Shown here: positions 27,431 to 35,909 of the stretch, piece by piece
How positions within the stretch are numbered: position 1 is the first letter of the stretch
Layout of the letters: each line of letters starts with the position of its first letter
From: a virus
IMG/VR virus record: IMGVR_UViG_3300035088_000013
Location: 1-64,000 of that record
Reading direction: 5' to 3' (one strand)
DNA: 64,000 nucleotides
Made by a program: the position numbers and the translations under genes
Notes under the pieces: generated by a model
The model's input: the letters and a program-made list of their open reading frames with translations, nothing else
Told to the model about the DNA's origin: nothing
Database searches by the model: none

Positions 27431-27712
27431 ATGGCAAAGGACAAGGTCACCGTCACACTGGATCCCGAAATCATCGCCTACACCGACGCGGACGCGGCCA
27501 GCGAAGGCCTGAACCGCTCCGAATACGTCGAGCGGACCCTCCGCGACGTCCACAACCGGCTACGCGCCCGCCGCGCGGTGGAGGGGACCGCCGCACTGCT
27601 GGCCGATCCGGACTTCGCCGCCCAGCTGGCCGCCGCCCGCGCATGGACCGCCCCGTTCCGCGAAGCCCGCAGCCAGCACCTCAACGAGTTGAACGCCACG
27701 GCCGCCGCGTGA
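27431..27712 (+). CDS. RHH antitoxin (MazE-position), probably leaderless
   Basis: KVTVTLDPEII...GLNRSEYVE; TAAGAT -10 seven nt upstream. Confidence 0.8.
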   Translation: MAKDKVTVTLDPEIIAYTDADAASEGLNRSEYVERTLRDVHNRLRARRAVEGTAALLADPDFAAQLAAARAWTAPFREARSQHLNELNATAAA

Positions 27713-28008
27713 AACACGCCGAGATCCACTCGCCGGACCGGCAGACCAACGCCAAGTTCGTGGTCCTCACCAGCGACAGCTGGAACAGCTCCGGCCAAGA
27801 CCCGGTGATCGCCCATATCATCCGCAGCCACGGCGCGGGCAACGACCTCGTGATCGAGCTGAGCGAATTCGACCCGGTCAGCGGAGTCGTGCTCACGCCC
27901 TGGCCGGAGAGCATCCCGGCCAACGAACCTACCGAGCTGCTCGGCATGCTCACCGGCGCGACCATGGCCCGCCTCAAAGACGCGCTGCGCCTGCTGTACG
28001 ACCTGTGA
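27709..28008 (+). CDS. PemK/MazF-like toxin
   Basis: FVVLTSDSWN...VIAHI...GMLTGATMARLKDALRLLYDL; GTGA-coupled to RHH gene. Confidence 0.7.
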   Translation: MKHAEIHSPDRQTNAKFVVLTSDSWNSSGQDPVIAHIIRSHGAGNDLVIELSEFDPVSGVVLTPWPESIPANEPTELLGMLTGATMARLKDALRLLYDL

Positions 28009-28106
28009 AAACAGCCTCACCCGGGCGGTCTCCGAATCCGGCCCCAGCGTTCCGTTCGCCCCCCTTCCGGCCCTGGCCGCCGAGGGGGGCGATTTCTTTT
28101 CCCCTA

Positions 28107-28195
28107 CCTGTTGACATCCTGGCTGTGTCCGTGTTTACTTAGTTTATGAGCGGCGGGGGGGCTGGAGCCCCCCGCCCCGCCCGAGAGGAGCCCCC
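28107..28195 (+). promoter_or_regulatory. repeated element, copy 15
   Basis: full consensus. Confidence 0.9.
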
Positions 28196-28429
28196 ATGAC
28201 CACCACGATCGACACCCCCCGCGGCCCGATCTCCGTCGGCGCGCGGATCGGCTACAAGCCCTTCCTGGGCGGCCTGCGCATGGTCACCGTGACCCTGGTC
28301 GACCCCGACATCAGGAACGGCCGTCCCGGGTTCGAGGGCGTCGTCGACGGCGTCACCGACCCCGACGACGCCGGGGTGTGGGGTTACGCCGACCAGATCA
28401 TCCGGATCTACGACCGGGGGCTGGCGTGA
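28196..28429 (+). CDS. small SH3-like hypothetical protein
   Basis: ATG after element; NGRPGF...WGYADQI. Confidence 0.8.
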   Translation: MTTTIDTPRGPISVGARIGYKPFLGGLRMVTVTLVDPDIRNGRPGFEGVVDGVTDPDDAGVWGYADQIIRIYDRGLA

Positions 28430-28701
28430 TGAGCGCGCTCACCGTGCGGGAGCTGCTGGACGGCCTCGCGGACGGCCGGTTCACCCTCGAGCAGGTGGCG
28501 GCGGACTTCGCCGCCCGGCCGTGGCCGCCGTTGCCGCCGCGGCCGACTCTGGCCCAGGCGTACGGGGTGAACGATGACGAGCTGGTCGGCGACCCGGACT
28601 CGTGGAAGCAGGTGCAGACCGATCCGCGGTTGACCGGCGTCCAGTACGAGGTCCTGTTCCACGCGGCCGGGCCGCAGACCCGACAGGAGGGTCCGGCGTG
28701 A
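28429..28701 (+). CDS. paralog of the gene downstream of the zeta toxin (53237-53494)
   Basis: shared WPPLPPRPTLAQxYGVxDDE...DPxSWKQVxxDPR...QY..LFxAAGPQTR. Confidence 0.85.
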   Translation: MSALTVRELLDGLADGRFTLEQVAADFAARPWPPLPPRPTLAQAYGVNDDELVGDPDSWKQVQTDPRLTGVQYEVLFHAAGPQTRQEGPA

Positions 28702-28967
28702 GCGAGATCTACCGGCCGGGGGAGGTGGTCGCGGTGAGCGTCGACGGCGGGGTGCGGCCGATGTACGTGCACCGGGTGGTGCAGCTGCTGGTCGTGGGGA
28801 CGTCGCCGGAGGGCGGCCGGACGTGCAAGGTGGGGGAGCGGGAGGTGGTCGCGGTCGGGCTCCCGGCGGTCTCCGAGGCGGTCGCGCGGGCGTCGGGGTT
28901 CGACGTGCAGCAGGTGGCCGAGAGCATCGCGGAGGACTACGCCGATTGGGTCGCGGACCAAAACTAG
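28698..28967 (+). CDS. hypothetical protein
   Basis: AGGAGG RBS, GTGA-coupled. Confidence 0.7.
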   Translation: MSEIYRPGEVVAVSVDGGVRPMYVHRVVQLLVVGTSPEGGRTCKVGEREVVAVGLPAVSEAVARASGFDVQQVAESIAEDYADWVADQN

Positions 28968-28971
28968 CCCG

Positions 28972-29068
28972 CCTGTTGACATCACGTGCCAGATCGTGTT
29001 TACTTGGTTTGTGAGCGGCGGGGGGCTGGAGCCCCCGCCCCCGACCCCGACCCCCCGAGGAGGCCCCC
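28972..29068 (+). promoter_or_regulatory. repeated element, copy 16
   Basis: full consensus. Confidence 0.9.
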
Positions 29069-29251
29069 ATGTACGACGTCCACCCCGCCTACGCCGACGC
29101 GAACGGCACCTACGCCTGGTGCGACCGGCACGACCTGACCACCGTGGTCGCCGAGCACACCGCGGTCGGCTACGCGGGCGGCACCGTCTGGTCCCTGGAG
29201 CTGGCCTGCGGGTGCACCGAGACCAGCGAGACCATCGGGGACATCCGGTGA
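29069..29251 (+). CDS. small Cys/His protein
   Basis: ATG after element. Confidence 0.75.
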   Translation: MYDVHPAYADANGTYAWCDRHDLTTVVAEHTAVGYAGGTVWSLELACGCTETSETIGDIR

Positions 29252-29688
29252 CCGGCCACCGGTGGCGGCCGGTGCCGCTGTGGCCGTCCGCGCGGCGGTG
29301 CTCGGCGTGCCGCCTGGTCGCGGCCCGGTTCGGCGGCGAGAAGCCGGGATCGTTCACCGCGTGGATGTCCGGCGGGGTCCTGTTGGGCACCAGCCAGCGG
29401 GACACCGAGCCGGGGTGCCCGACCCCGTACGCCCCGAACGCGGGATCCGGCCCGAAGCGGGGCTGGCAGGCCGTCTACGGCGACGCCTCGAGGCAGGCGG
29501 TCCCCACCCCCGCGCAGGTCCGCGTCCTCGCCCAGGGCCTCGCCAGCGGCGACACGGTCCTCGAGGGCGGGCACCGTCCGGCGACCGTGGCCCGGATGCG
29601 CACGTACGGGTGGCTCGACAACCGGTACCGGGTCACCCCGGCCGGGGCGGCGGCGTTCGGGCGGCGCGGCGGCCGGGTGCCCGCCTAG
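29248..29688 (+). CDS. hypothetical protein
   Basis: GTGA-coupled. Confidence 0.55.
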   Translation: MTGHRWRPVPLWPSARRCSACRLVAARFGGEKPGSFTAWMSGGVLLGTSQRDTEPGCPTPYAPNAGSGPKRGWQAVYGDASRQAVPTPAQVRVLAQGLASGDTVLEGGHRPATVARMRTYGWLDNRYRVTPAGAAAFGRRGGRVPA

Positions 29689-29963
29689 GCCGTGGGTGGC
29701 GGGGCGGGCGGGACGGCGATCCGGTTCACCTCGAGGACGAACGTCTGCGCGTCTACGTTGATGGCGAGGGTGTTGCCGGTGAGCCGGTCGACCGCGGCCA
29801 CGTGCTCCCCGCCGTCGATCAGGGCGGCGAGGTAGGACACGAACCTTTCCACGCCCATCGGGGGCGGCTCGTGGACGGCCGCTTCGCGGCGCAGCCCGCA
29901 GAACCGGCCGCCGACGTCGTACATGCACGTTCCGGCCGCGCTGATCAGGAATGGGTGGCCCAT
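29685..29963 (-). CDS. small hypothetical protein, probably leaderless
   Basis: TACACT -10 seven nt before ATG on minus strand. Confidence 0.55.
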   Translation of the reverse strand: MGHPFLISAAGTCMYDVGGRFCGLRREAAVHEPPPMGVERFVSYLAALIDGGEHVAAVDRLTGNTLAINVDAQTFVLEVNRIAVPPAPPPTA

Positions 29964-30000
29964 CCCGGGGAGTGTACGGGGCCGGGAAACCCCCGCATCG

Positions 30001-30086
30001 CCTGTTGACATCGCGTGCGGGATGGTGTTTACTTGGTTTGTGAGCGGGGGGCTGGAGCCCCCGCCCCGAGCGCCCGGGAGGCCCCC
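30001..30086 (+). promoter_or_regulatory. repeated element, copy 17
   Basis: full consensus. Confidence 0.9.
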
Positions 30087-30446
30087 ATGTTCACCACCTA
30101 CGAGATCCTCACCGCCCGCATCGGCGCGACGTTCGACGGCCTGATCGTCGCGGACCGGTCCTGGCCCGCGGACGCGCCGAAGCCCGGCCCGGAGCTGGAG
30201 CCCGGCTCGGACGCCTGGTACGAGGCCATCGGCCCGGCGGGCACGGTGTACCTGACCTCCGACGGCCGCGGAGCGAACACCTACGGGTGGTGCGAGTGTG
30301 GCGGACAGACCGGCCAGGTGTGGTTCGACTCGCCCGGCATCGGCGAGGGCCAGGTGTGGGTGCGCTACGAGCGGTACACGCCCGCGGGGCGGGAGGCGCA
30401 CGGGTGGGTGCACCAGGGCTGCCGGATGCTGCTGCAGGTCGGCTGA
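30087..30446 (+). CDS. hypothetical protein
   Basis: ATG after element. Confidence 0.8.
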   Translation: MFTTYEILTARIGATFDGLIVADRSWPADAPKPGPELEPGSDAWYEAIGPAGTVYLTSDGRGANTYGWCECGGQTGQVWFDSPGIGEGQVWVRYERYTPAGREAHGWVHQGCRMLLQVG

Positions 30447-30453
30447 GCGGGCC

Positions 30454-30481
30454 GGGGGTGTTGGCGATCGCCAACACCCCC
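30454..30481. terminator. perfect 28-bp palindrome/hairpin
   Basis: GGGGGTGTTGGCGATCGCCAACACCCCC between stop and copy 18. Confidence 0.7.
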
Positions 30482-30499
30482 CGGATCGGTTACCGAAAC

Positions 30500-30582
30500 C
30501 CTGTTGACATGACGCGGTTCATCGTGTTTACTTGACTTGTGCGGGGGGCTGGAGCCCCCGCCCCGCCCCAAGGAGGCCCCCG
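30500..30582 (+). promoter_or_regulatory. repeated element, copy 18
   Basis: full consensus. Confidence 0.9.
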
Positions 30583-30900
30583 ATGGCGACGATGATCCGC
30601 TGCGGCACCTGCATCAACCGGCACGCGACCGTCGCGGATGTTCGCGAGTGCGCCGCGGAGTTCTACGACTACCAGGCCCAAAGCGAGGGTGAGATCTACG
30701 CCGAAGCGGTCATGTCCTGGGTGATGGGCGGCGGGAACCCCGAGGATGCCTCCCTCTACGCGGGAGTGATCGCCCGCGGCGGCGTCTGGAACGGCGGCAT
30801 CGCACCCCCCGGCGACGACGACGGCGACGACGAGCTGTGCGAGCACGGCTTGTCCGCCCGGCTGTGCGTCGGCCCCTCCCACTACCCCCTGGACATGTGA
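30583..30900 (+). CDS. small Zn-binding protein
   Basis: IRCGTC..RH....VREC; CEHG...C...HY. Confidence 0.8.
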   Translation: MATMIRCGTCINRHATVADVRECAAEFYDYQAQSEGEIYAEAVMSWVMGGGNPEDASLYAGVIARGGVWNGGIAPPGDDDGDDELCEHGLSARLCVGPSHYPLDM

Positions 30901-30969
30901 CCACCACCCCCCCCGGCCCCCGGGCGATCCCGCCCGGGGGGAACGTCAACGTTCCGGAAAGGACACACC

Positions 30970-31263
30970 ATGGCGACTCTCTCCCGCGACCAGTGGGAAA
31001 AGCTGCTCGACGCACTGGCCGACCTCGAGGCCATCGACGAGGGCCACCAGCCCCACCCCGACGACACCGACTGCGCCGCGTTCGTCCTCGCCAGCACCGG
31101 CCAGATCGTGCGGTTCGGCGGGTTCCTCGCCCAGGCGTTGACCAACGCCGGGCTCGGCGACTTCGACCGGGACCTGTTCTACGACGATGCCCGCACGGAG
31201 ATCATCGACCGCGGCCGGGTGCTGCTGTACTTCCGGTCCGTCACGATCGCGAAGGGAGAGTGA
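30970..31263 (+). CDS. hypothetical protein
   Basis: GAAAGGA RBS. Confidence 0.75.
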   Translation: MATLSRDQWEKLLDALADLEAIDEGHQPHPDDTDCAAFVLASTGQIVRFGGFLAQALTNAGLGDFDRDLFYDDARTEIIDRGRVLLYFRSVTIAKGE

Positions 31264-31265
31264 GC

Positions 31266-31511
31266 ATGGATTGGACGATGCCCGCGGAGTTGGAGCCGTA
31301 CCGGGAGCTGATCACCAACACCGGCGGCAACACCGTGGAAAGGCTGATGAGCATCTATCTGGCCGGGGGTGAGGCCGGTGCCCGGATGATGCAGACGAAC
31401 CTTCCGGTGTATCTGATGGCGTGCATGTGCGGCGCGCAGATCGCATTGCTGCGGGTGCTGGTGCGGGAGGGGAAGCTCCCCGCGCGCGGCCCGGCCGCTG
31501 GAGCGCGGTGA
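31266..31511 (+). CDS. hypothetical protein
   Basis: follows upstream gene; MDWTMPAEL... Confidence 0.65.
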   Translation: MDWTMPAELEPYRELITNTGGNTVERLMSIYLAGGEAGARMMQTNLPVYLMACMCGAQIALLRVLVREGKLPARGPAAGAR

Positions 31512-31750
31512 TGGGCCGCGCGTACGAGAAGCGGATGGCCCGGTTGCAGGCCGCGCAGGAAGCAACCGGCCGCGCCCCGGCTCCGGCGGGGCCGATGCAC
31601 CGGGCCAGCCGGGAGGCGTTCGTGCGCGGTTTCGGCCTGTCGGCGGCGGCCGTCAAGCAGTTGGTCGACCGGTGGGAGGCTGACGCGGTGGCCTGTTACG
31701 ACAAGGGGTTCGACGACGGGCGGGAGTGGCAGGAGGAGCAGCAGGGGTGA
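31511..31750 (+). CDS. hypothetical protein
   Basis: TGATG-coupled. Confidence 0.6.
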   Translation: MGRAYEKRMARLQAAQEATGRAPAPAGPMHRASREAFVRGFGLSAAAVKQLVDRWEADAVACYDKGFDDGREWQEEQQG

Positions 31751-31971
31751 AGCGGCGGGGGTGGCTGGAGCGGCTGAGAGCCGATCTGCCGGGCTGGTAC
31801 GTGTGGGCGACCGGGTACGGGAGGCAGTGGCATGCGGTGCCGCTGGCGGGCGGCTGGCGGGTCGGCCGGGCTCCCCGGGGGGCTCCGGGGCGGATCGACG
31901 CGCCGTCGCCGATCGTGTTGCGCAGTCTGGTGCGTCAGAAAGAACGAGACAACCCCACTCCACCCTGTTGA
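31747..31971 (+). CDS. hypothetical protein; stop in the TTGACA of copy 19
   Basis: GTGA-coupled; LRADLPGWYVW...WHA motif. Confidence 0.6.
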   Translation: MKRRGWLERLRADLPGWYVWATGYGRQWHAVPLAGGWRVGRAPRGAPGRIDAPSPIVLRSLVRQKERDNPTPPC

Positions 31972-32050
31972 CATCCGAACGGGTGACGTGTTTACTTGGT
32001 TTGTGAGCGGGGGGCTGGAGCCCCCGCCCCAACCCGGAGAGGCAACCACC
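31964..32050 (+). promoter_or_regulatory. repeated element, copy 19
   Basis: full consensus. Confidence 0.9.
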
Positions 32051-32437
32051 ATGAGCCGTGAACTCACCCCCTGGGCCGCGACCGCGAAGGCCACCCGCAC
32101 CGCGATCAAGGCCCGCCGTGACGAGCTGGGCATCCCGGCCACCGCCACGATCAAGGTCACCTCCGACTCCTTCGCCGGGGGCGCGTCGGTGGACGTGTGG
32201 ATCGGCGACGCCGACTCATGGGCGTGGCGGACCGCGACCGACCTCGATCGCGCCCGGAACACCTGGCTGACCCCGGGGGAGCGGGTCCTCACCGCACAGG
32301 CCAAGGCCACGGGGGACGCGATCGAGGCCGTCCTCCGGGAGGTTCGCACGGCCGGTTACATCTGGGGATCGGTCACCTACGAGGGCACCGTCATCGGATC
32401 GCTGGCCCGTGCGGGCTGGCAGCCGGGCCAGGACTGA
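32051..32437 (+). CDS. hypothetical protein
   Basis: ATG after element; IKVTSDSFAGGASVDV. Confidence 0.8.
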   Translation: MSRELTPWAATAKATRTAIKARRDELGIPATATIKVTSDSFAGGASVDVWIGDADSWAWRTATDLDRARNTWLTPGERVLTAQAKATGDAIEAVLREVRTAGYIWGSVTYEGTVIGSLARAGWQPGQD

Positions 32438-32454
32438 GAGAGAGGTCTACGGTC

Positions 32455-32709
32455 ATGTATTTGTTCGCGGACCCCGAGGCGATCATCTGCGCGGCGCGCA
32501 TGATCACCCGGGACTGGGGGTCGACCGGCTACGCGGTCTCGGCCGTCACCGGCGGCCCCCGCCGGTCGGTTGTCCTCGAGGTGACCTGCTCCGACGGGGG
32601 CCGGTTCCACGTCGGATCCACCCGGCACGGCAACACCACCCACGCCGACACCTTCACCCAGGTGCTCGACTGGCTCACCGCCCGAACCGAGGAGGAAGCA
32701 CGACCATGA
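32455..32709 (+). CDS. small hypothetical protein
   Basis: GAGAGG RBS. Confidence 0.7.
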   Translation: MYLFADPEAIICAARMITRDWGSTGYAVSAVTGGPRRSVVLEVTCSDGGRFHVGSTRHGNTTHADTFTQVLDWLTARTEEEARP

Positions 32710-35198
32710 GCGCCGACAACCCGGAAACGGTGCGCGCACTGCTGGTGCGGCCGGGCGAGGAGCCGCGGATCGCGAAGATCCCGACCGGCGACCAACCAGC
32801 ATACGAGGCCGTCCGCGGCATGGTCGGCGGCACCCTCGAGGTGTTCGGCGGCGGCGACTGGCACGCCTACTCCGATGAGGACTACATCGCGAAGGACCTG
32901 CCCGTGAACGTGTTCGCGGCGCGCCTGCTCGAGGAGCTGGAGCCGGGGCGCGGCCGGGCGCACATCCGGGGGCCGGTGGTGTTCCTCGGCACCGGCGAGC
33001 ACGGCAAAGAGTACGACGTACCGTCCCGGATCGAGGATTTGGCCCGGCGGATGACCGCGGGATCCCTGCTCGCCGAGTGGACCGACGACGGGGCGATCCC
33101 CCTCGCCCCGGCGGCCGGGAAGGACGCGCAACTGTTGCAGGTCGCCGCGTCGATCATCCGGCAGACGGTGATCTCCCACGGCTGGAAAGACGTCGCGAAC
33201 GCGGTCCCGTGCGTCCGGGTCGGGCAACAGGTCCTCGAACGGCTCGGGCACACCGCCGTGCCGGTGCCGGTGGGGTTCATGGCGTTGTCGGAGCTGTGCG
33301 CGCAAACCGGCGGCCGCCAAGGCCATTGCATCGGCGTCCTCGGCACCGGGCAGACCGACCCGCACGGCCCGAACGGGGGCAGCTGGGACGGGCATCTGGT
33401 GCTGCTGGTCGACGGGGTGTGGCTGCTGGACATCGCCGCACCCATGTTCGACCGCCCCGCGCAAGGGATCCGCATGCCGGAGGCGTTTCTGGCCCGGCTC
33501 CCCGAACCCCGGCCGGGCGGGCTGGCCGCGGGGGCGCGGCTGGCGATCACCCGCCGGGACGGGTCGGTGGTGCGGTACACGGTGAACGCCTTGACCTCCT
33601 GGCGGGACATGATCGACTGGGCGGGCCGCTCCGACCGGGTCGAGGCCGCGACCATGGAGGCGCTGCGGCTGCTCGGCCCGTACACGCGGATGGACGACGA
33701 CGCGTACGGCGGCGAGCAGTGGCTGAAGCGGCCGTGGTATTGCGCCACCTGCCATCAAGGGGTGCGGCGGATGAACCTCCCCGACGGGACGGTCCAATAC
33801 GCGCACGCCCGCCCGTGGGAGGTCACCGACGGCCACCCGGTCATGCCCGAGCAGATCGACGACATCACCAAGGTCAAGCTGGTCTGCGACTTCTGCCTGG
33901 ACCCGGACCCCGTATGGGCGTACACCGGCCCGAACATCATCAAAAAGTCGATCGTCTCCCCCCTCACCGGCCAAGTGGTTGCCCCGGGCAAGGAGGGCCT
34001 GGAGGGGCTGGGCACCCTCTGGTCGGGCTGCAACATCTGCGACCGGTACGTCCTCGAGGGCGACCTCGAGGGCCTCGCCGCGTCGGTGCTGCGGTCGAAA
34101 GCGAACCGCGGCACCCGCGACCCGCACGTCATCGCGGAATGGCGGCGCACCAACATGGCCCGATGGCAGCAGTTCATCCCGAACATCACCCGACGCCGGT
34201 TGATCAACCCCCCGGCCCTGGACCCGATCAACCCGCGGAACATGCCGCGGATCCGTAACCGGCTGATCCGGTTCCTGTCCGACGAGAACTTCTCCGCGTT
34301 CGGCTCACCCAAGGTCATGATCCTGCCCGGGCCGGACGCGGGATTCCCCGACGACCTGACCGTCATGACGACCAACCCCGCCGAGGACGTGGGTGAGGCG
34401 TACTGCGCCCGGATCGTGCGGGGGCTGGAGCTGGCGGAGCTGTACCACGTGTCGGAGGACTTCACCGGGCTGGCCTTGTCGTCCGGCGCGGACCTGACCG
34501 ACCTGTCGGTCACCCCGGAGGAATTGCCGTCCCCGCACGGCATGATCATGTGGCAGGTGCCGATCATGACCGCCGACGCCCGGCACACCCCCGGCGCGGA
34601 CGAGGCGCAGATCATCTGCGCGTCGTGGACGACGATCTCCGGGCTCGGCGTGTGGATCAACTGGTACGTGCGCACCGACCAGATCAACCCCGGCAACACC
34701 CTCATGCGGGAGGCGGCGGGGTTGCTGCTGCCGTGGGCGAACGGGTCCGGCCTCCGATTCGGCGAACCCGTCAAGGGCACCGTGGGTGAGCCGGAGGACG
34801 GGCACCCCGCCCACGACCCGGACGGCATGGGCAGCTTCCGGACGCTTTTGGCGACGTGGTTTTTGATCAACCAGCCGGGCGTCGCGCAGCAGCAGGTCGA
34901 GGTGACCAACGACAAGCAGCTGATCAAACGCGCCCGGCGGGAAGGCCGTCAACCGCCGACGGTGCGGCTGGTCGACCTGCGGCACGCGAAGGCGCACCGG
35001 GCGGCGGCGGTCGACGGCGGCCCGACCGGCCGCCAGGTCACCGTCCGGTTCCCGGTCCGCGGGCACTGGCGTCGGCAGGCGTACGGGCCGAAGCGGGGGC
35101 TGCGCCGGTCGATGTATATCGCCCCGTTCATGAAGGGGCCGGAGGGTGCCCCCCTGAAATCCGGTGGCACGGTCCCGGTCGTGCGGGTCCTCCAGTAG
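32706..35198 (+). CDS. multidomain polyvalent-type protein (DUF3846-like, papain/transglutaminase-like, Zn, VRGHWR domains)
   Basis: VGGTLEV...LPVN...IRGPVVF; C...GHLV...LLD; CDFC/CNIC; VRGHWRRQAYGP...IAPFMKGP. Confidence 0.7.
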   Translation: MSADNPETVRALLVRPGEEPRIAKIPTGDQPAYEAVRGMVGGTLEVFGGGDWHAYSDEDYIAKDLPVNVFAARLLEELEPGRGRAHIRGPVVFLGTGEHGKEYDVPSRIEDLARRMTAGSLLAEWTDDGAIPLAPAAGKDAQLLQVAASIIRQTVISHGWKDVANAVPCVRVGQQVLERLGHTAVPVPVGFMALSELCAQTGGRQGHCIGVLGTGQTDPHGPNGGSWDGHLVLLVDGVWLLDIAAPMFDRPAQGIRMPEAFLARLPEPRPGGLAAGARLAITRRDGSVVRYTVNALTSWRDMIDWAGRSDRVEAATMEALRLLGPYTRMDDDAYGGEQWLKRPWYCATCHQGVRRMNLPDGTVQYAHARPWEVTDGHPVMPEQIDDITKVKLVCDFCLDPDPVWAYTGPNIIKKSIVSPLTGQVVAPGKEGLEGLGTLWSGCNICDRYVLEGDLEGLAASVLRSKANRGTRDPHVIAEWRRTNMARWQQFIPNITRRRLINPPALDPINPRNMPRIRNRLIRFLSDENFSAFGSPKVMILPGPDAGFPDDLTVMTTNPAEDVGEAYCARIVRGLELAELYHVSEDFTGLALSSGADLTDLSVTPEELPSPHGMIMWQVPIMTADARHTPGADEAQIICASWTTISGLGVWINWYVRTDQINPGNTLMREAAGLLLPWANGSGLRFGEPVKGTVGEPEDGHPAHDPDGMGSFRTLLATWFLINQPGVAQQQVEVTNDKQLIKRARREGRQPPTVRLVDLRHAKAHRAAAVDGGPTGRQVTVRFPVRGHWRRQAYGPKRGLRRSMYIAPFMKGPEGAPLKSGGTVPVVRVLQ

Positions 35199-35357
35199 CC
35201 ACACCCCCGCGGGAACGGCCCTCAGCGCGACGCTGGGGGCTTTTCCCGTTGCGGCCCCGGCGTGGGGTGACCGGCCGGGGCGGCGGGGTGTGGCTGGTCG
35301 CTGGGGGATGTTGGTAAACGACCACGGGGCCGCCCGGGTTGTGCCTACGGTCCGGAT

Positions 35358-35906
35358 ATGACCGATACGGGGGACACGGCGGCGCTCGAGGGCGACAACC
35401 CAGAGCTGGACACGGAGGACGACGACCCGGAACTGGACACGGAGGACGACGACCCGGAACTGGATCTGGGTTCGGACCTGGCCGCCGAGCTGGACGACGA
35501 ACCGGACCCGGCCCTGGTCGACGGCGACCCGGGCGAGCCGGAGGAGCCTTTGCCGGTCTACACCGGCACCTGCCATGACGGGCCGTGGGACGGGCTGAAG
35601 CTGTCGATCCGGTACCCGAAGGGGTTCCTGCTGATCGACAGGCCGAGCGTCCAGGTGTGGATCTACGACCGGCACGAGGACACCGGGGACTTCTACGCGC
35701 GTACCCCGGACCCGAAGGCACTTCTCGAGGACGGGGAGCGCAACCGGTGGCGGGCCGCGGAGGAACCGAACTACGACCTGCTGGTGCTGGGGTCGCAGAT
35801 CGCCGAGGACGACCCCGGCGACGACGGCACCTTCGACGACGGCACCTCCGACGACGACGACGGCACCTTCGACGACGACGGCACCGGCACCCCGGGGGAG
35901 GCGTAA
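35358..35906 (+). CDS. highly acidic protein with tandem repeats
   Basis: (DDDPELDTE)n 27-bp repeats at 35394-35465; Asp-rich tail. Confidence 0.75.
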   Translation: MTDTGDTAALEGDNPELDTEDDDPELDTEDDDPELDLGSDLAAELDDEPDPALVDGDPGEPEEPLPVYTGTCHDGPWDGLKLSIRYPKGFLLIDRPSVQVWIYDRHEDTGDFYARTPDPKALLEDGERNRWRAAEEPNYDLLVLGSQIAEDDPGDDGTFDDGTSDDDDGTFDDDGTGTPGEA

Positions 35907-35909
35907 GCG

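Noticed and set aside
761-32050. Repeated element as a CRISPR array
   Set aside because: Copies are separated by whole genes (0.15 to several kb), occur on both strands and carry promoter and RBS features; no cas operon.
761-32050. Classical integron attC sites
   Set aside because: No RYYYAAC...GTTRRRY ends and no tyrosine integrase in the window; only the cassette-like layout is analogous.
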